Shown in pieces: positions 15,880 to 25,463 of a stretch of 64,000 nt of DNA. The DNA comes from an uncultured Candidatus Saccharibacteria bacterium (GTDB lineage Bacteria; Patescibacteriota; Minisyncoccia; Phycocordibacterales; Phycocordibacteraceae): assembly GCA_964398865.1 (NCBI GenBank), contig CAYNOO010000002.1, forward strand, positions 3,588 to 67,587, read 5' to 3'. Numbering within the stretch: position 1 is the first letter of the stretch; every line of letters starts with the position of its first letter. The notes under the pieces are model-generated. The model was not told the origin of the DNA, made no database searches, and was given only the letters and a program-made list of their open reading frames with translations. The position numbers were made by a program, and so were the translations under genes.

Positions 15880-18800
15880 GAAACCTAAAAAAATCCTTAT
15901 CTTAGGCTCAGGCGGACTCAAAATCGGTCAGGCTGGTGAATTTGATTATTCGGGCTCGCAGGCAATCAAGGCCTTCAAAGAAGAGGGTATTGGGACTGTC
16001 CTCATGAATCCCAACATTGCGACGGTGCAGACCGACAAAGGTTTGGCAGATTCCGTGTACTTCCTTCCGCTCACGGAGAAATTTGCAGAAGATGTGATAC
16101 GACAAGAACGCCCCGACGCGATTGCGCTGAGCTTCGGCGGGCAGACCGCGCTCAATCTTGGGTTAACACTCGAAGAGAACGGTACGTTGAAGAAATACGG
16201 CGTGCACGTGTTAGGTACGCCAGTGTCTGTCGTCCGCGACACGGAAGATAGAGATCTTTTTATAAAACGTTTGGACGAGATTGACGTTAAGACTGCGCGA
16301 AGTTTTGCTGCGCGAAGCATCAAGGATGCAGAGAGAGCTGCCGAGAAACTCGGATACCCCGTGATGGTACGCATGGGTTTTGCTCTCGGCGGTGAAGGAT
16401 CAGGACTTATTCGCTCCGCGGCGGAACTTCGGCTGCGTCTGGCAGAGGCATTCAAACGTAGTCCTCAGGTGTTGATTGAAGAATATCTCGCCGGATGGAA
16501 AGAGGTGGAGTACGAAGTGGTGCGCGATGCGGCGGATAACTGCATCGTTGTGTGCAACATGGAGAACATAGACCCGATGGGAGTCCACACGGGAGAATCA
16601 ATAGTGGTCGCTCCGTCGCAGACGCTTACCAACGAGGAGTATCATCGTCTTCGCGAAATCGCGATTAAAACGATTCGTCATCTTGGGGTCGTCGGTGAGT
16701 GCAACATTCAATACGCACTTCACCCCAAAACAGGCGATTACCGCGTCATAGAAGTGAATGCACGTCTCTCGCGCTCATCCGCGCTCGCTTCAAAGGCGAC
16801 AGGGTATCCGCTTGCATTCATCGCGGCAAAACTCGCGCTCGGTCATTCACTCACAACACTCGTAAACTCCGTCACCAAGACAACGACAGCCTGTTTTGAG
16901 CCGGCACTTGATTATCTTGTCTTGAAAGTTCCGCGCTGGGATTTGAACAAATTTGAGAATGCTGTCTCGAAAATCGGAACCGAAATGAAGTCGGTGGGTG
17001 AGGTGATGGCAATTGGGCGTTCCTTTGAAGAGGCTCTTCAGAAAGCGCTTCGCATGCTCACCATAGGCGCTGATGGTTTTACCTCGCATCGAAGCAGTAA
17101 CTTCCGTATCCCGACGTACCTTGAGGAAATTAACGAACCTACCACTAGACGTGTATTTGCTATCGCAGAGGCGCTCCGTCACGGCGTCTCCGTAGAGAAG
17201 ATTCATGAGCTTTCAGGAATCACGCCCTGGTTCTTGGAGAAGATGAAAAACATTATTGATGTTGAAAAGAAGTTACACCGTAACGCGCTCACTCCAGCGC
17301 TCCTAAAAGTTGCGAAGCAGCATGGATTCTCTGACATCCAGATTGCCGTTGCGAAGAAAAGCACTGAAGCAAAAGTTCGTGCACTTCGACAGAAGTCCGG
17401 AGTCATCCCTTCTGTAAAGCAAATCGACACTTTGGCAGGGGAGTTTCCCGCACAAACAAATTATTTGTATCTCACCTACCACGGCTCGGAACATGATGTG
17501 GCTCCCAGTCGCGGCGCCATCGCGGTCTTGGGAAGCGGTCCGTATTCTATTGGCTCCTCGGTGGAGTTTGATTGGTCAAGCGTGCAAGTCTTGCAGACGC
17601 TCAAAGCGGAAGGAGAGAAGACTGTAATGATTAATTACAATCCCGAAACTGTCTCTACCGACTACGACATGTCTGATCGCTTGTATTTTGAAGAGCTTTC
17701 ACTCGAGCGGGTTTTGGATATTGTGGAGTTTGAGCGCACAAAGGGTGTGGTGGTTTCAACGGGAGGTCAGATTCCTAATAACCTTGCGCTGCCGCTCCAT
17801 ACAAACGGCGTAAAAATTCTCGGTACGCATCCAGAAGACATCAACCGCGCGGAAGATCGTCACGTATTTTCGCAACTCTTGGACAAACTCAACATTGATC
17901 AGCCTGCATGGGCGGAATTGACCACGACAAAAGCAGCAGCTCTCACCGCTAAAAAACTCGGCTATCCGGTCTTGGTGCGCCCCTCCTACGTACTCTCGGG
18001 TGCTGCTATGGGAATCGCCTCCGACAAAGCGTCATTGATAAAGTTCTTAGAGCGCGCGGTTGATGTTTCGTCAGAACATCCGATAGTCATCTCGAAGTTT
18101 ATCGAAAATGCGCGCGAGATTGAGATAGATGGCGTAGCGGCGAAAGGCAAGCTCGCCATTTACGCGATTACCGAGCACGTGGAGAACGCCGGCACCCATT
18201 CGGGAGATGCGACTGTGGTATTACCTGCGCAGCGCACGTACCTGGAGACTATTCGCCGCGCGAAGCATGTCACGAAACAAATCATCAAAGAGCTCAAAAT
18301 CACTGGCCCCTTTAACATCCAATTCCTAGCGAAAGATAACAATCTTCAGGTCATCGAATGCAACGTCCGCGCATCGCGTAGTTTCCCGTTCGTATCAAAA
18401 GTCACTCGATACAATTTCATCGAGCTTGCGACGAAAGCTTTCTTAGGTAAAGACATCAGCGGAGAATACCGGACATTGGAACTTGATTACGTCGCAGTGA
18501 AGTCTCCACAATTTTCATACAACCGTATCAAGGGCGCAGACCCGCTTGGCTACGTCGAGATGGCATCAACGGGAGAAGTCGCATGTTTCGGCGACTCCTA
18601 TCCGGAAGCTTTATTGAAATCCATGCTCTCCGCAGGATTCAGAATTCCCAAGAAGAACATTCTGATTTCCTTAGGCGGTGAGGAGAATAAGGTCAAACTC
18701 TTGCCGGCAATTCAGAAACTCTCTGAGATGGGATTCAAACTTTTTGCCACCGAGCACACGGCTGATTTCCTAAAAACCCATAACATCAAGTCAGAGCGCG

Positions 18801-19087
18801 TCCATAAAATAAAGAGCAAACAAGAGCCAAATGTGCGCACGCTTCTTGATTCTGGAAAGCTTGATCTCATCATCAATCTTCCAAACCGAGGCTTGGTGAG
18901 AGAGGGGAACGGCAAGAATGGCTCTGACCCGTCCGACGGTTTCATCATCAGGCGGAAAGCCGTGGACTTTAACATCTCTCTTATCACCAACCGCCAGCTC
19001 GCAGAGGCTTTCGCGATGGCGCTCGCAGAAGTTGGAGAGAAGGGTTTGAGCGCAAAAGCGTGGGATGCGTATCAGAAAGATGCTTAA
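15872..19087 (+). CDS. carB: carbamoyl-phosphate synthase large subunit
   Basis: IGQAGEFDYSG, two ATP-grasp halves and a C-terminal MGS domain. Confidence 0.98.
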   Translation: MLKKPKKILILGSGGLKIGQAGEFDYSGSQAIKAFKEEGIGTVLMNPNIATVQTDKGLADSVYFLPLTEKFAEDVIRQERPDAIALSFGGQTALNLGLTLEENGTLKKYGVHVLGTPVSVVRDTEDRDLFIKRLDEIDVKTARSFAARSIKDAERAAEKLGYPVMVRMGFALGGEGSGLIRSAAELRLRLAEAFKRSPQVLIEEYLAGWKEVEYEVVRDAADNCIVVCNMENIDPMGVHTGESIVVAPSQTLTNEEYHRLREIAIKTIRHLGVVGECNIQYALHPKTGDYRVIEVNARLSRSSALASKATGYPLAFIAAKLALGHSLTTLVNSVTKTTTACFEPALDYLVLKVPRWDLNKFENAVSKIGTEMKSVGEVMAIGRSFEEALQKALRMLTIGADGFTSHRSSNFRIPTYLEEINEPTTRRVFAIAEALRHGVSVEKIHELSGITPWFLEKMKNIIDVEKKLHRNALTPALLKVAKQHGFSDIQIAVAKKSTEAKVRALRQKSGVIPSVKQIDTLAGEFPAQTNYLYLTYHGSEHDVAPSRGAIAVLGSGPYSIGSSVEFDWSSVQVLQTLKAEGEKTVMINYNPETVSTDYDMSDRLYFEELSLERVLDIVEFERTKGVVVSTGGQIPNNLALPLHTNGVKILGTHPEDINRAEDRHVFSQLLDKLNIDQPAWAELTTTKAAALTAKKLGYPVLVRPSYVLSGAAMGIASDKASLIKFLERAVDVSSEHPIVISKFIENAREIEIDGVAAKGKLAIYAITEHVENAGTHSGDATVVLPAQRTYLETIRRAKHVTKQIIKELKITGPFNIQFLAKDNNLQVIECNVRASRSFPFVSKVTRYNFIELATKAFLGKDISGEYRTLELDYVAVKSPQFSYNRIKGADPLGYVEMASTGEVACFGDSYPEALLKSMLSAGFRIPKKNILISLGGEENKVKLLPAIQKLSEMGFKLFATEHTADFLKTHNIKSERVHKIKSKQEPNVRTLLDSGKLDLIINLPNRGLVREGNGKNGSDPSDGFIIRRKAVDFNISLITNRQLAEAFAMALAEVGEKGLSAKAWDAYQKDA

Positions 19088-19097
19088 ATGAAGGGGT

Positions 19098-19721
19098 ATG
19101 GATGACGTCATACAGATTCTGAAAGACGCGGGCGCAATACTAGAGGGTCATTTCATCGGTGTTTCGGGACGGCATCTTCCTGTGTACATCAACAAGGACG
19201 CATGGCTCTTGCACACGGGACTCGTCTCAAAGATCTGTCGGATGCTTGCTGAGCTGAATAAAGATAATCAGATAGACGTAGTCGTGGGACCCGCTGTCGG
19301 TGGCGTCGTTATTTCACAGTGGACGGCGTACCACTTATCAGAAATCACTGGCAGGGAAGTATTGAGTGTTTTTACTGAAAAGACTCCAGAGGGTGGGCAG
19401 ATACTAAAGCGAAACTACGACAAGGTGGTAGCGGGGAAGCGTATTCTCGCCGTTGAGGACACGGTCACGACGGGCGGGTCCGTGAAAAAAACTATTGACG
19501 CTATTGCTTCGGCTGGAGGAAATGTCGTGCAGCTTTCACTTATTGTGAATAGGAATCCTAAAGAGGTGACCGCGGCAACGTTTGGTCTGCCGGTAAGCGC
19601 GCTTGCCGAGATTGATATGGAAAGTTACGAAGAAAATGAAGTGCCGGAGTGGTTGAAAGCAATTCCCATCAACACTGAGTTCGGGCACGGTGCGAAGTAT
19701 CTTAAAGAACATATGAGTTGA
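19098..19721 (+). CDS. pyrE: orotate phosphoribosyltransferase
   Basis: GHF..SGRH, PRPP motif AVEDTVTTGGS and operon context. Confidence 0.88.
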   Translation: MDDVIQILKDAGAILEGHFIGVSGRHLPVYINKDAWLLHTGLVSKICRMLAELNKDNQIDVVVGPAVGGVVISQWTAYHLSEITGREVLSVFTEKTPEGGQILKRNYDKVVAGKRILAVEDTVTTGGSVKKTIDAIASAGGNVVQLSLIVNRNPKEVTAATFGLPVSALAEIDMESYEENEVPEWLKAIPINTEFGHGAKYLKEHMS

Positions 19722-19722
19722 T

Positions 19723-20790
19723 ATGTTGCAAACTCCTTTTTACGACCCAACAAAGTCATACGACGACAATTATGCGAATGGTCCCTTTGGTGTGTTCGCG
19801 GGTGTCTCCGCATATGAAGAGAGAGGCGAGCCGGAGTATGAGATTTTCGGGCACAAAGTCTACACGCCATTCGGCATCCCGGCAGGACCCTTATTGAATA
19901 GCAAATTCATGAAAGGTGCGTTTGATAACGGCTTTGATGTATCGATTTACAAGACAGTACGAAGCGGGGTCTACCCCTGTCATCCGTTCCCGAATGTGCT
20001 TGCCGTCCACATTCCTGGCGATCTCAGCCTTGAAGCGGCAGCACGCGAGCCTCTCGTTGCGGATACGAATTACGAAGAGCCTATTTCCATAACCAATTCG
20101 TTCGGCGTTCCTTCTAAAGAAGCCCGAACGTGGCAGGATGATTTCAAGGAGTCAGAGAAATATGCGAAGAAAGGTCAGCTCGCAATCTTAAGTTTCATGG
20201 GAACGGTGAAAGAAGGGCAGACGCATCAGGAGTTCGTGGATGACTACGTGCTTGCTGCGAAGCTTTCAAATGATGCAGGTGCCAAAGTGCTCGAAGTAAA
20301 CTTGTCGTGCCCGAACATCGGCAACGAAGGATTAGTCTGTTACGACTTGAAGACTACTGAAGAAGTGTGCGCTGGTATCCGCAGTGTCATCGGCACGACG
20401 CCCTTGATATTGAAAGTCGGCTACTACAAGGAAGACGCTGACATCAAGGAGCTCGGAAGGATCGCCGACAAGTACGCAGACGGCATTTCCGCAATCAATA
20501 CCGTACAGGCAACTATCATCGACAAAGACGGTACTCAGGCGCTGCCGGGTAAGAATCGCGTAAAGAGTGGCGTGTGCGGGGCATCCATAAAATGGGCAGG
20601 TTTGGACATGGTGAAGCGCTTGCACGCCATCCGAAGCGCGGGAGGTTTAAACTTTAAGATTTGCGGAGTGGGTGGCGTAACGACGGCAGCTGATTATGCC
20701 GCATATCGTGCCGCGGGGGCGGATATCGTGATGAGTGCAACGGGTGCGATGTGGAATCCAAATCTGGCGATAGAGATTAAGTCGTTATAA
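19723..20790 (+). CDS. pyrD: dihydroorotate dehydrogenase, class 1-like, divergent
   Basis: GIPAGP, NSFG, EVNLSCPN, INT, GVGGV and location between pyrE and pyrB. Confidence 0.8.
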   Translation: MLQTPFYDPTKSYDDNYANGPFGVFAGVSAYEERGEPEYEIFGHKVYTPFGIPAGPLLNSKFMKGAFDNGFDVSIYKTVRSGVYPCHPFPNVLAVHIPGDLSLEAAAREPLVADTNYEEPISITNSFGVPSKEARTWQDDFKESEKYAKKGQLAILSFMGTVKEGQTHQEFVDDYVLAAKLSNDAGAKVLEVNLSCPNIGNEGLVCYDLKTTEEVCAGIRSVIGTTPLILKVGYYKEDADIKELGRIADKYADGISAINTVQATIIDKDGTQALPGKNRVKSGVCGASIKWAGLDMVKRLHAIRSAGGLNFKICGVGGVTTAADYAAYRAAGADIVMSATGAMWNPNLAIEIKSL

Positions 20791-20804
20791 ATTAGCATTC
20801 GTAC

Positions 20805-21710
20805 ATGAAAATACAGCACGTCATCGAGACTCAGCAATTTGACCGCGAAGCACTTAATAAGCTTTTCAAGCTTGCAACTTCTTTTGAAAAAAATCGCACG
20901 AAGGATCTCGACGGAAAGATTATGGCGTCGTTGTTTTTCGCACCCTCAACCCGCACCCGTCTTTCTTTCGAGTCTGCCATGTATCGCCTCGGCGGTCATG
21001 TTATCTCAATGGAGAATGCGAGCGAATCGTCCTCATCGACAAAAGGGGAGACTATTGAGGACACTATCCGCATCGTAGACAATTACGCGGATGTAATCAT
21101 TCTTCGGCATCCAGAAGTCGGTACGCTCGCGAGGGCTGCTGCTGTTTCGGAAGTTCCCGTCATTAATGCCGGCGACGGCATCGGTCAGCATCCCACGCAG
21201 GCGTTCTTGGACCTGTACACCATAGAGCGAGAGATAGGTCGCACTGACAATTTCCATATCGCATTCGTGGGGAATCTTGCCTACTATCGCGCAGCCCGTT
21301 CCCTCGCGTATCTTCTTTCAAAATACGAGAACATTACGATGACGTTCGTATCCGGTTCGGAGCTTAGGATGAAGGATGACGTTAAAGAGCATCTCAAAGA
21401 GAAAGGGGTTACGTTTACCGAGACTGAAGACTTGGAGAAAGCGATGAGCGAAGCTGATGTTGTCTATCAGACGCGTATCGCGGAAGAATGGATTCCTGAT
21501 CACGACCAATACGAAAAGCTTCGCGGAAAGTACGTCATCACACGCCCGATGACCGATCACATGAAAGACGGCGCCATTCTCATTCATCCACTGCCGCGCG
21601 CAGGCGAGATCATGCCGGAAGTCGACGACTCTCCCCATGCGGTTTATTTCAAGCAGGCAGAATACGGAGTACTCGTGCGCATGGCACTCTTGAAAACTCT
21701 CTTAGCGTAA
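20805..21710 (+). CDS. pyrB: aspartate carbamoyltransferase catalytic subunit
   Basis: PSTRTRLSFE, INAGDG..QHPTQ and HPLPR. Confidence 0.96.
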   Translation: MKIQHVIETQQFDREALNKLFKLATSFEKNRTKDLDGKIMASLFFAPSTRTRLSFESAMYRLGGHVISMENASESSSSTKGETIEDTIRIVDNYADVIILRHPEVGTLARAAAVSEVPVINAGDGIGQHPTQAFLDLYTIEREIGRTDNFHIAFVGNLAYYRAARSLAYLLSKYENITMTFVSGSELRMKDDVKEHLKEKGVTFTETEDLEKAMSEADVVYQTRIAEEWIPDHDQYEKLRGKYVITRPMTDHMKDGAILIHPLPRAGEIMPEVDDSPHAVYFKQAEYGVLVRMALLKTLLA

Positions 21711-21767
21711 CCGTATTGGTGAAATAAAGAACTACTCTTCAGAGGAACAGAGCACGGGCGGTCACGG

Positions 21768-21816
21768 TAAGTGATTTGATATATCATATCAGCGATATGA
21801 TATATCAAATCACTTA
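21768..21816. repeat. double family-A palindrome (23-bp arms, 3-nt loop) between convergent pyrB and pyrC
   Basis: taagtgatttgatatatcatatc-agc-gatatgatatatcaaatcactta. Confidence 0.9.
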
Positions 21817-21841
21817 AATGAAGATGCTTTCTATTTACATG

Positions 21842-22906
21842 TCAGAAGACGCGCCATTGTATAGGAGTTCGTTTTGTCGGGTTCTCGTCATAGCCTAATG
21901 GGTGGATTTTTTCTCCGTCTTCAACGTCCACCAGCTCGTCTATCAACCAAGGTTCTTTTACAAGGGTTATTTTTTCTTCGTTAGGCTGCACGTTGTAGAA
22001 TTTCGGACCATTCAATGACGCGAACGCCTCTAAATTTTCTAACTTTCCCATATCTTCAAAAACTCCCGTGTAGAGTTCAATTGCTGCAGGTGCGCTAAAG
22101 ATGCCCGCGGCGGGCGCTTCGCGCTCTTTCGCCGATACTGGGTGAGGTGCCGAGTCGGTACCGAGAAAAAAATACGGCTCGCCGGAGGTTGCCGCTTCGC
22201 GAATGGCTTTTTGATTCGCTTCGTCCTTTATCACCGGCATGCAGTGAAGGTATGCGGGTTTCTCGCTCTGCAGTACGTCCTCATGGTTTTCCATTAAGTG
22301 GTGCACGGTAATCGTGGAGGCAAGGCGATTGCTCTTTTCGTTTCGTATAAAAGCAACTGCGTCTTTCGTTGTCGCGTGCTCCAAGACAATTTTCAATTCC
22401 GGAAAATCTTTCAGTAGCTGTGGAAGAATCGTGTCTAGAAAAACCTTTTCCCTATCATACGGGTCGACATCATTGCCTTGATAGCGGAGCGTCTCTCCGT
22501 GAATGAGGATGGGCATGCCAATTTTCTGCATCGTTTCAAGCACTGCTCGTACTTTGCTAATGTCAGTGACGCCCTGTGTGGAGTTTGTGGTAGCTCCCGC
22601 AGGATAGAGCTTTACTGCAGTTGCCAAACCTTCTTTGAAACCTTGCGCGATATCTTCAGCGGAAGAATTGTCCGTGAGGTAGTACGTCATGAGAGGAGTG
22701 AAAGGAAAGTCTCCAATGGCTTCGAGTATCCGACCTCGGTATGCGCGGAGCTCATCAGTCGTGAGGATTGGGTTCGGCGAGAGATTAGGCATTACAATTG
22801 CGCGCCCGAAGTGCTTGGCAGTGAAGGGGAGCACAGCTCTGAGCATCGCTCCGTCGCGCAAGTGCACATGCCAATCGTCGGGTTTCCGTATAGTTAGAGA
22901 GTCCAT
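21842..22906 (-). CDS. pyrC: dihydroorotase (E. coli-type, class II)
   Basis: PDDWHVHLRDG, VMPNL, KLYPAGATTNS and FLGTDSAPH. Start placed at ATG 22906. Confidence 0.96.
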   Translation of the reverse strand: MDSLTIRKPDDWHVHLRDGAMLRAVLPFTAKHFGRAIVMPNLSPNPILTTDELRAYRGRILEAIGDFPFTPLMTYYLTDNSSAEDIAQGFKEGLATAVKLYPAGATTNSTQGVTDISKVRAVLETMQKIGMPILIHGETLRYQGNDVDPYDREKVFLDTILPQLLKDFPELKIVLEHATTKDAVAFIRNEKSNRLASTITVHHLMENHEDVLQSEKPAYLHCMPVIKDEANQKAIREAATSGEPYFFLGTDSAPHPVSAKEREAPAAGIFSAPAAIELYTGVFEDMGKLENLEAFASLNGPKFYNVQPNEEKITLVKEPWLIDELVDVEDGEKIHPLGYDENPTKRTPIQWRVF

Positions 22907-22987
22907 ATTCTGAGAATATTCTAGCATTCGCAACTTCTTTTTCTCTATTATCCATATTCGTCTAAATAAGAGAATGGTTTAGAGATT

Positions 22988-23016
22988 TTGACCAGAGAGT
23001 GGGTTTGTTTTAGAAT
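22988..23016 (+). promoter_or_regulatory. sigma70-type promoter TTGACC-N17-TAGAAT
   Basis: Direct reading; ends 8 nt before ATG 23025. Confidence 0.7.
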
Positions 23017-23024
23017 GCACTTAT

Positions 23025-23246
23025 ATGGTTATGGGTCACGAAGGAGTCAGAAAAGAAGAAGCATCTGTTACGCGCACCCCTGCTGGCAACGGCATGTTAT
23101 ATGTTGTTGAGATTGGAAATAAAGCTTTTCGTTTTCTCGGAGAAGGTTCGCATCTGCAGCCATTGCCGCGAAACTCAAAAGGAAGAGAGTGGGATGAAGC
23201 GGCAGCACTTGCTCGCAAGTACGATAGCGATAAGAAGAAGCATTAA
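23025..23246 (+). CDS. small hypothetical protein
   Basis: 73-aa ORF with its own near-consensus promoter. Confidence 0.65.
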   Translation: MVMGHEGVRKEEASVTRTPAGNGMLYVVEIGNKAFRFLGEGSHLQPLPRNSKGREWDEAAALARKYDSDKKKH

Positions 23247-23299
23247 AGGTTAAGTTTTGCCGAGGGTATCTCAGGTGGTTTCTGTTATACTTCTGACAA

Positions 23300-24340
23300 A
23301 TGTCGGAGTTGTCGCTGTATAGGAAATACCGCCCTAGTGCATTCAAAGATGTCTTGGGTCAGGATCATGTCGTGAAGGTTCTTCAGGGTGCTCTTAAAGA
23401 GGAGCATCTAGCGCACGCATATCTTTTTGTAGGATCTCGCGGAACGGGTAAGACTAGTGTTGCGCGTATTCTTGCGCGTGAACTTGGAGCAAGCGAGCGT
23501 GACATCTACGAGATGGATGCCGCTTCAAACACTGGCGTTGATAATATCCGCTCTCTTCGGGAAGAGGCGTCTACGATGCCATTTGAGTCACCGCGTAAGG
23601 TCTACATCATCGATGAAGTACACATGCTCTCGAAAGGTGCCTTCAATGCATTTTTGAAACTGCTGGAAGAACCGCCCTCGCACGTGGTCTTTATTCTTGC
23701 GACAACAGAGTTAGAAAAAGTTCCTGAAACCATTCAGTCACGCTGCCAGGTGTTTACTTTTAAGAAGCCTACACAAAAAGTTTTAGTGGAGATGGTGACG
23801 AGGGTAGCAAAGGCTGAAGGCTTTACACTCGAGCCTGCAGCAGCAGAATTAATATCTCTCCTTGCAGACGGCTCGTTTCGCGATGCCCATGGGACTCTGC
23901 AGAAGATTCTTTCTTCCTCTTCTGATAAGAAAGTGAGTGTTGAAGAAGCAGTGCTCGTTACCGGCGCGCCTCGACTTGAGCTCATTGAAAAGGTGATTAC
24001 GAGCTTGAGTGAAGGAACAAGTGATGGCGCACTCAGAGCTCTTGGAGAGGCAGTCAAGGCGAACGCGGACATGGGAGTGTTCGTCATGCTCTTGCTCCAG
24101 CGTTTGCGCATACTTCTGATGCTTCGCTATTCGCCTGATTTCGGACGCAATCTTGCGGCTGATCTTGCAGACGCTGATCGCGATTTCTTGGAAGCGCTCG
24201 CGAAAGATACAAAATCAAAAATAAATTCAGAAACCTTACGAAAATTTATTCTCGCTTCGATCGAAATTTCTCGCTCGCCCGTTCCTGAGCTCCCATTAGA
24301 GCTTGCAATAATGGAGCTTTCGCAAAATCCACTTCCGTAA
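23300..24340 (+). CDS. dnaX: DNA polymerase III subunit gamma/tau (short form)
   Basis: LYRKYRP, GSRGTGKT, IIDEVHMLS and TIQSRC. Confidence 0.96.
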   Translation: MSELSLYRKYRPSAFKDVLGQDHVVKVLQGALKEEHLAHAYLFVGSRGTGKTSVARILARELGASERDIYEMDAASNTGVDNIRSLREEASTMPFESPRKVYIIDEVHMLSKGAFNAFLKLLEEPPSHVVFILATTELEKVPETIQSRCQVFTFKKPTQKVLVEMVTRVAKAEGFTLEPAAAELISLLADGSFRDAHGTLQKILSSSSDKKVSVEEAVLVTGAPRLELIEKVITSLSEGTSDGALRALGEAVKANADMGVFVMLLLQRLRILLMLRYSPDFGRNLAADLADADRDFLEALAKDTKSKINSETLRKFILASIEISRSPVPELPLELAIMELSQNPLP

Positions 24341-24414
24341 TTTTTATATCCTAGAGACGTCTTATACTGATAGTGCCCTTCTATGGGGCATTTTAAAAGT
24401 TTTAACTAAATCGC

Positions 24415-25083
24415 ATGAAAATATTTACGAGATTATTGCCTGTAGCGCTTCTCGTGCTACCGCTTTCGGTAGGAGCAGCGTCGTTATATGGCAACACAGA
24501 CGTTACGGTTACTGCTGATACTAATGCTGCAGCAAGCGTGAGTGCTGACGTCGATGCGCAAGGTTCTGCCGGAGCCGGAAATGATTCGGCACAAAACGAT
24601 GCGGTCGTTAACGTGAACGTGGATGCCTCAGGAAACCAAGTGCAGGCATCAAACGATGCAAACATGAGCGCAGAGTTCAAATTGTTTACGGATGATGTGA
24701 AGGTCAAGAACGAACGTGTTGAAGCGGTCGCCGTAAACGGAGACGGAAGCGTTGACGTCGCCTATCGTCATGACGCGAAGTTTCTCGGTTTCATTCCGAT
24801 GAAGCTCACATCGCACACGATCGTGAAGACTGATGCTGACGGTAATGTGTCTGTCGCGGTCAAGCTGCCATGGTGGAGCTTTCTAGTGGGTGGTGTCTCC
24901 AAGGTTAAAGCTGACGTCGAAGCTTCACTCAAGGCAAACGCTGAGGTGAAGGCGGAGGCTGGTGTTGCAGTGTCAGATGAGATGCGCGCGAGAATCATAA
25001 ACGCTGTCGTTTCGTCCTTGAACGCGGAAGCTCAGGCTTCTGTGGATGCTCAAGCTCAAACGAGTACTCAAGCTAGCTACTAA
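24415..25083 (+). CDS. secreted Ala/Val-rich hypothetical protein
   Basis: Signal peptide and KFLGFIP...KLPWW motif. Confidence 0.8.
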   Translation: MKIFTRLLPVALLVLPLSVGAASLYGNTDVTVTADTNAAASVSADVDAQGSAGAGNDSAQNDAVVNVNVDASGNQVQASNDANMSAEFKLFTDDVKVKNERVEAVAVNGDGSVDVAYRHDAKFLGFIPMKLTSHTIVKTDADGNVSVAVKLPWWSFLVGGVSKVKADVEASLKANAEVKAEAGVAVSDEMRARIINAVVSSLNAEAQASVDAQAQTSTQASY

Positions 25084-25101
25084 AGTTTTGGAGCGATTTC
25101 A

Positions 25102-25133
25102 AAAAACACCCTGCGGTAAAGCAGGGTGTTTTT
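25102..25133. terminator. bidirectional intrinsic terminator
   Basis: aaaaacaccctgc-ggtaaa-gcagggtgttttt. Confidence 0.85.
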
Positions 25134-25152
25134 CATATAAAGTAGAAATTTG

Positions 25153-25187
25153 AATCTGAAACCTGTATCCTGACACCTGACAGCTAA
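25153..25187. repeat. degenerate heptamer tandem tract (NACCTGA-like x5)
   Basis: aatctga aacctgt atcctga cacctga cagctaa just upstream of tRNA-Gln. Confidence 0.7.
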
Positions 25188-25190
25188 TCT

Positions 25191-25261
25191 TGGGGAGTCG
25201 TCTAATGGTAGGACAGAGGCCTTTGAAGCCTTTAATTGGGGTTCGAATCCCTGCTCCCCAG
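25191..25261 (+). tRNA. tRNA-Gln(TTG)
   Basis: TGGGGAG acceptor, GTC-TAATGGTAG-GAC D arm, GAGGC CT TTG AA GCCTT anticodon arm, GGTTCGAATCC T loop and CTCCCCAG. Confidence 0.95.
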
Positions 25262-25451
25262 CTAGAGAAAGTTGAATCCCGATGTGTAAGCATCGGGATT
25301 TTAATTTCTCTCTGTGGACAGGGATTCGAAAGACGGAGGCGCGAAGCCGCATGTCTCATGCGTCGCCGAGTCGGGGTCGAGAACACTTAGTATTTTACGA
25401 GCCTGAGAGTAAAATACTTAGTGATTCGTGACCGAATCCCTGCTCCCCAGC
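25262..25451. other. tRNA-3'-end-derived structured element (inverted copy plus direct copy of the tRNA 3' end)
   Basis: Inverted copy 25312..25330. Exact 19-bp direct repeat cgaatccctgctccccagc at 25244..25262 and 25433..25451. Internal hairpins present. Confidence 0.75.
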
Positions 25452-25463
25452 AAAAAACATCAT

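Noticed and set aside
25080-25390. Track ORFs 25080..25352, 25099..25386 and 25190..25390
   Set aside because: They overlap tRNA-Gln and its structured downstream element, so they are shadow ORFs.
25244-25451. attL/attR of an integrated genomic island
   Set aside because: The direct repeats enclose only about 170 bp with no integrase. Reported instead as a small structured element.
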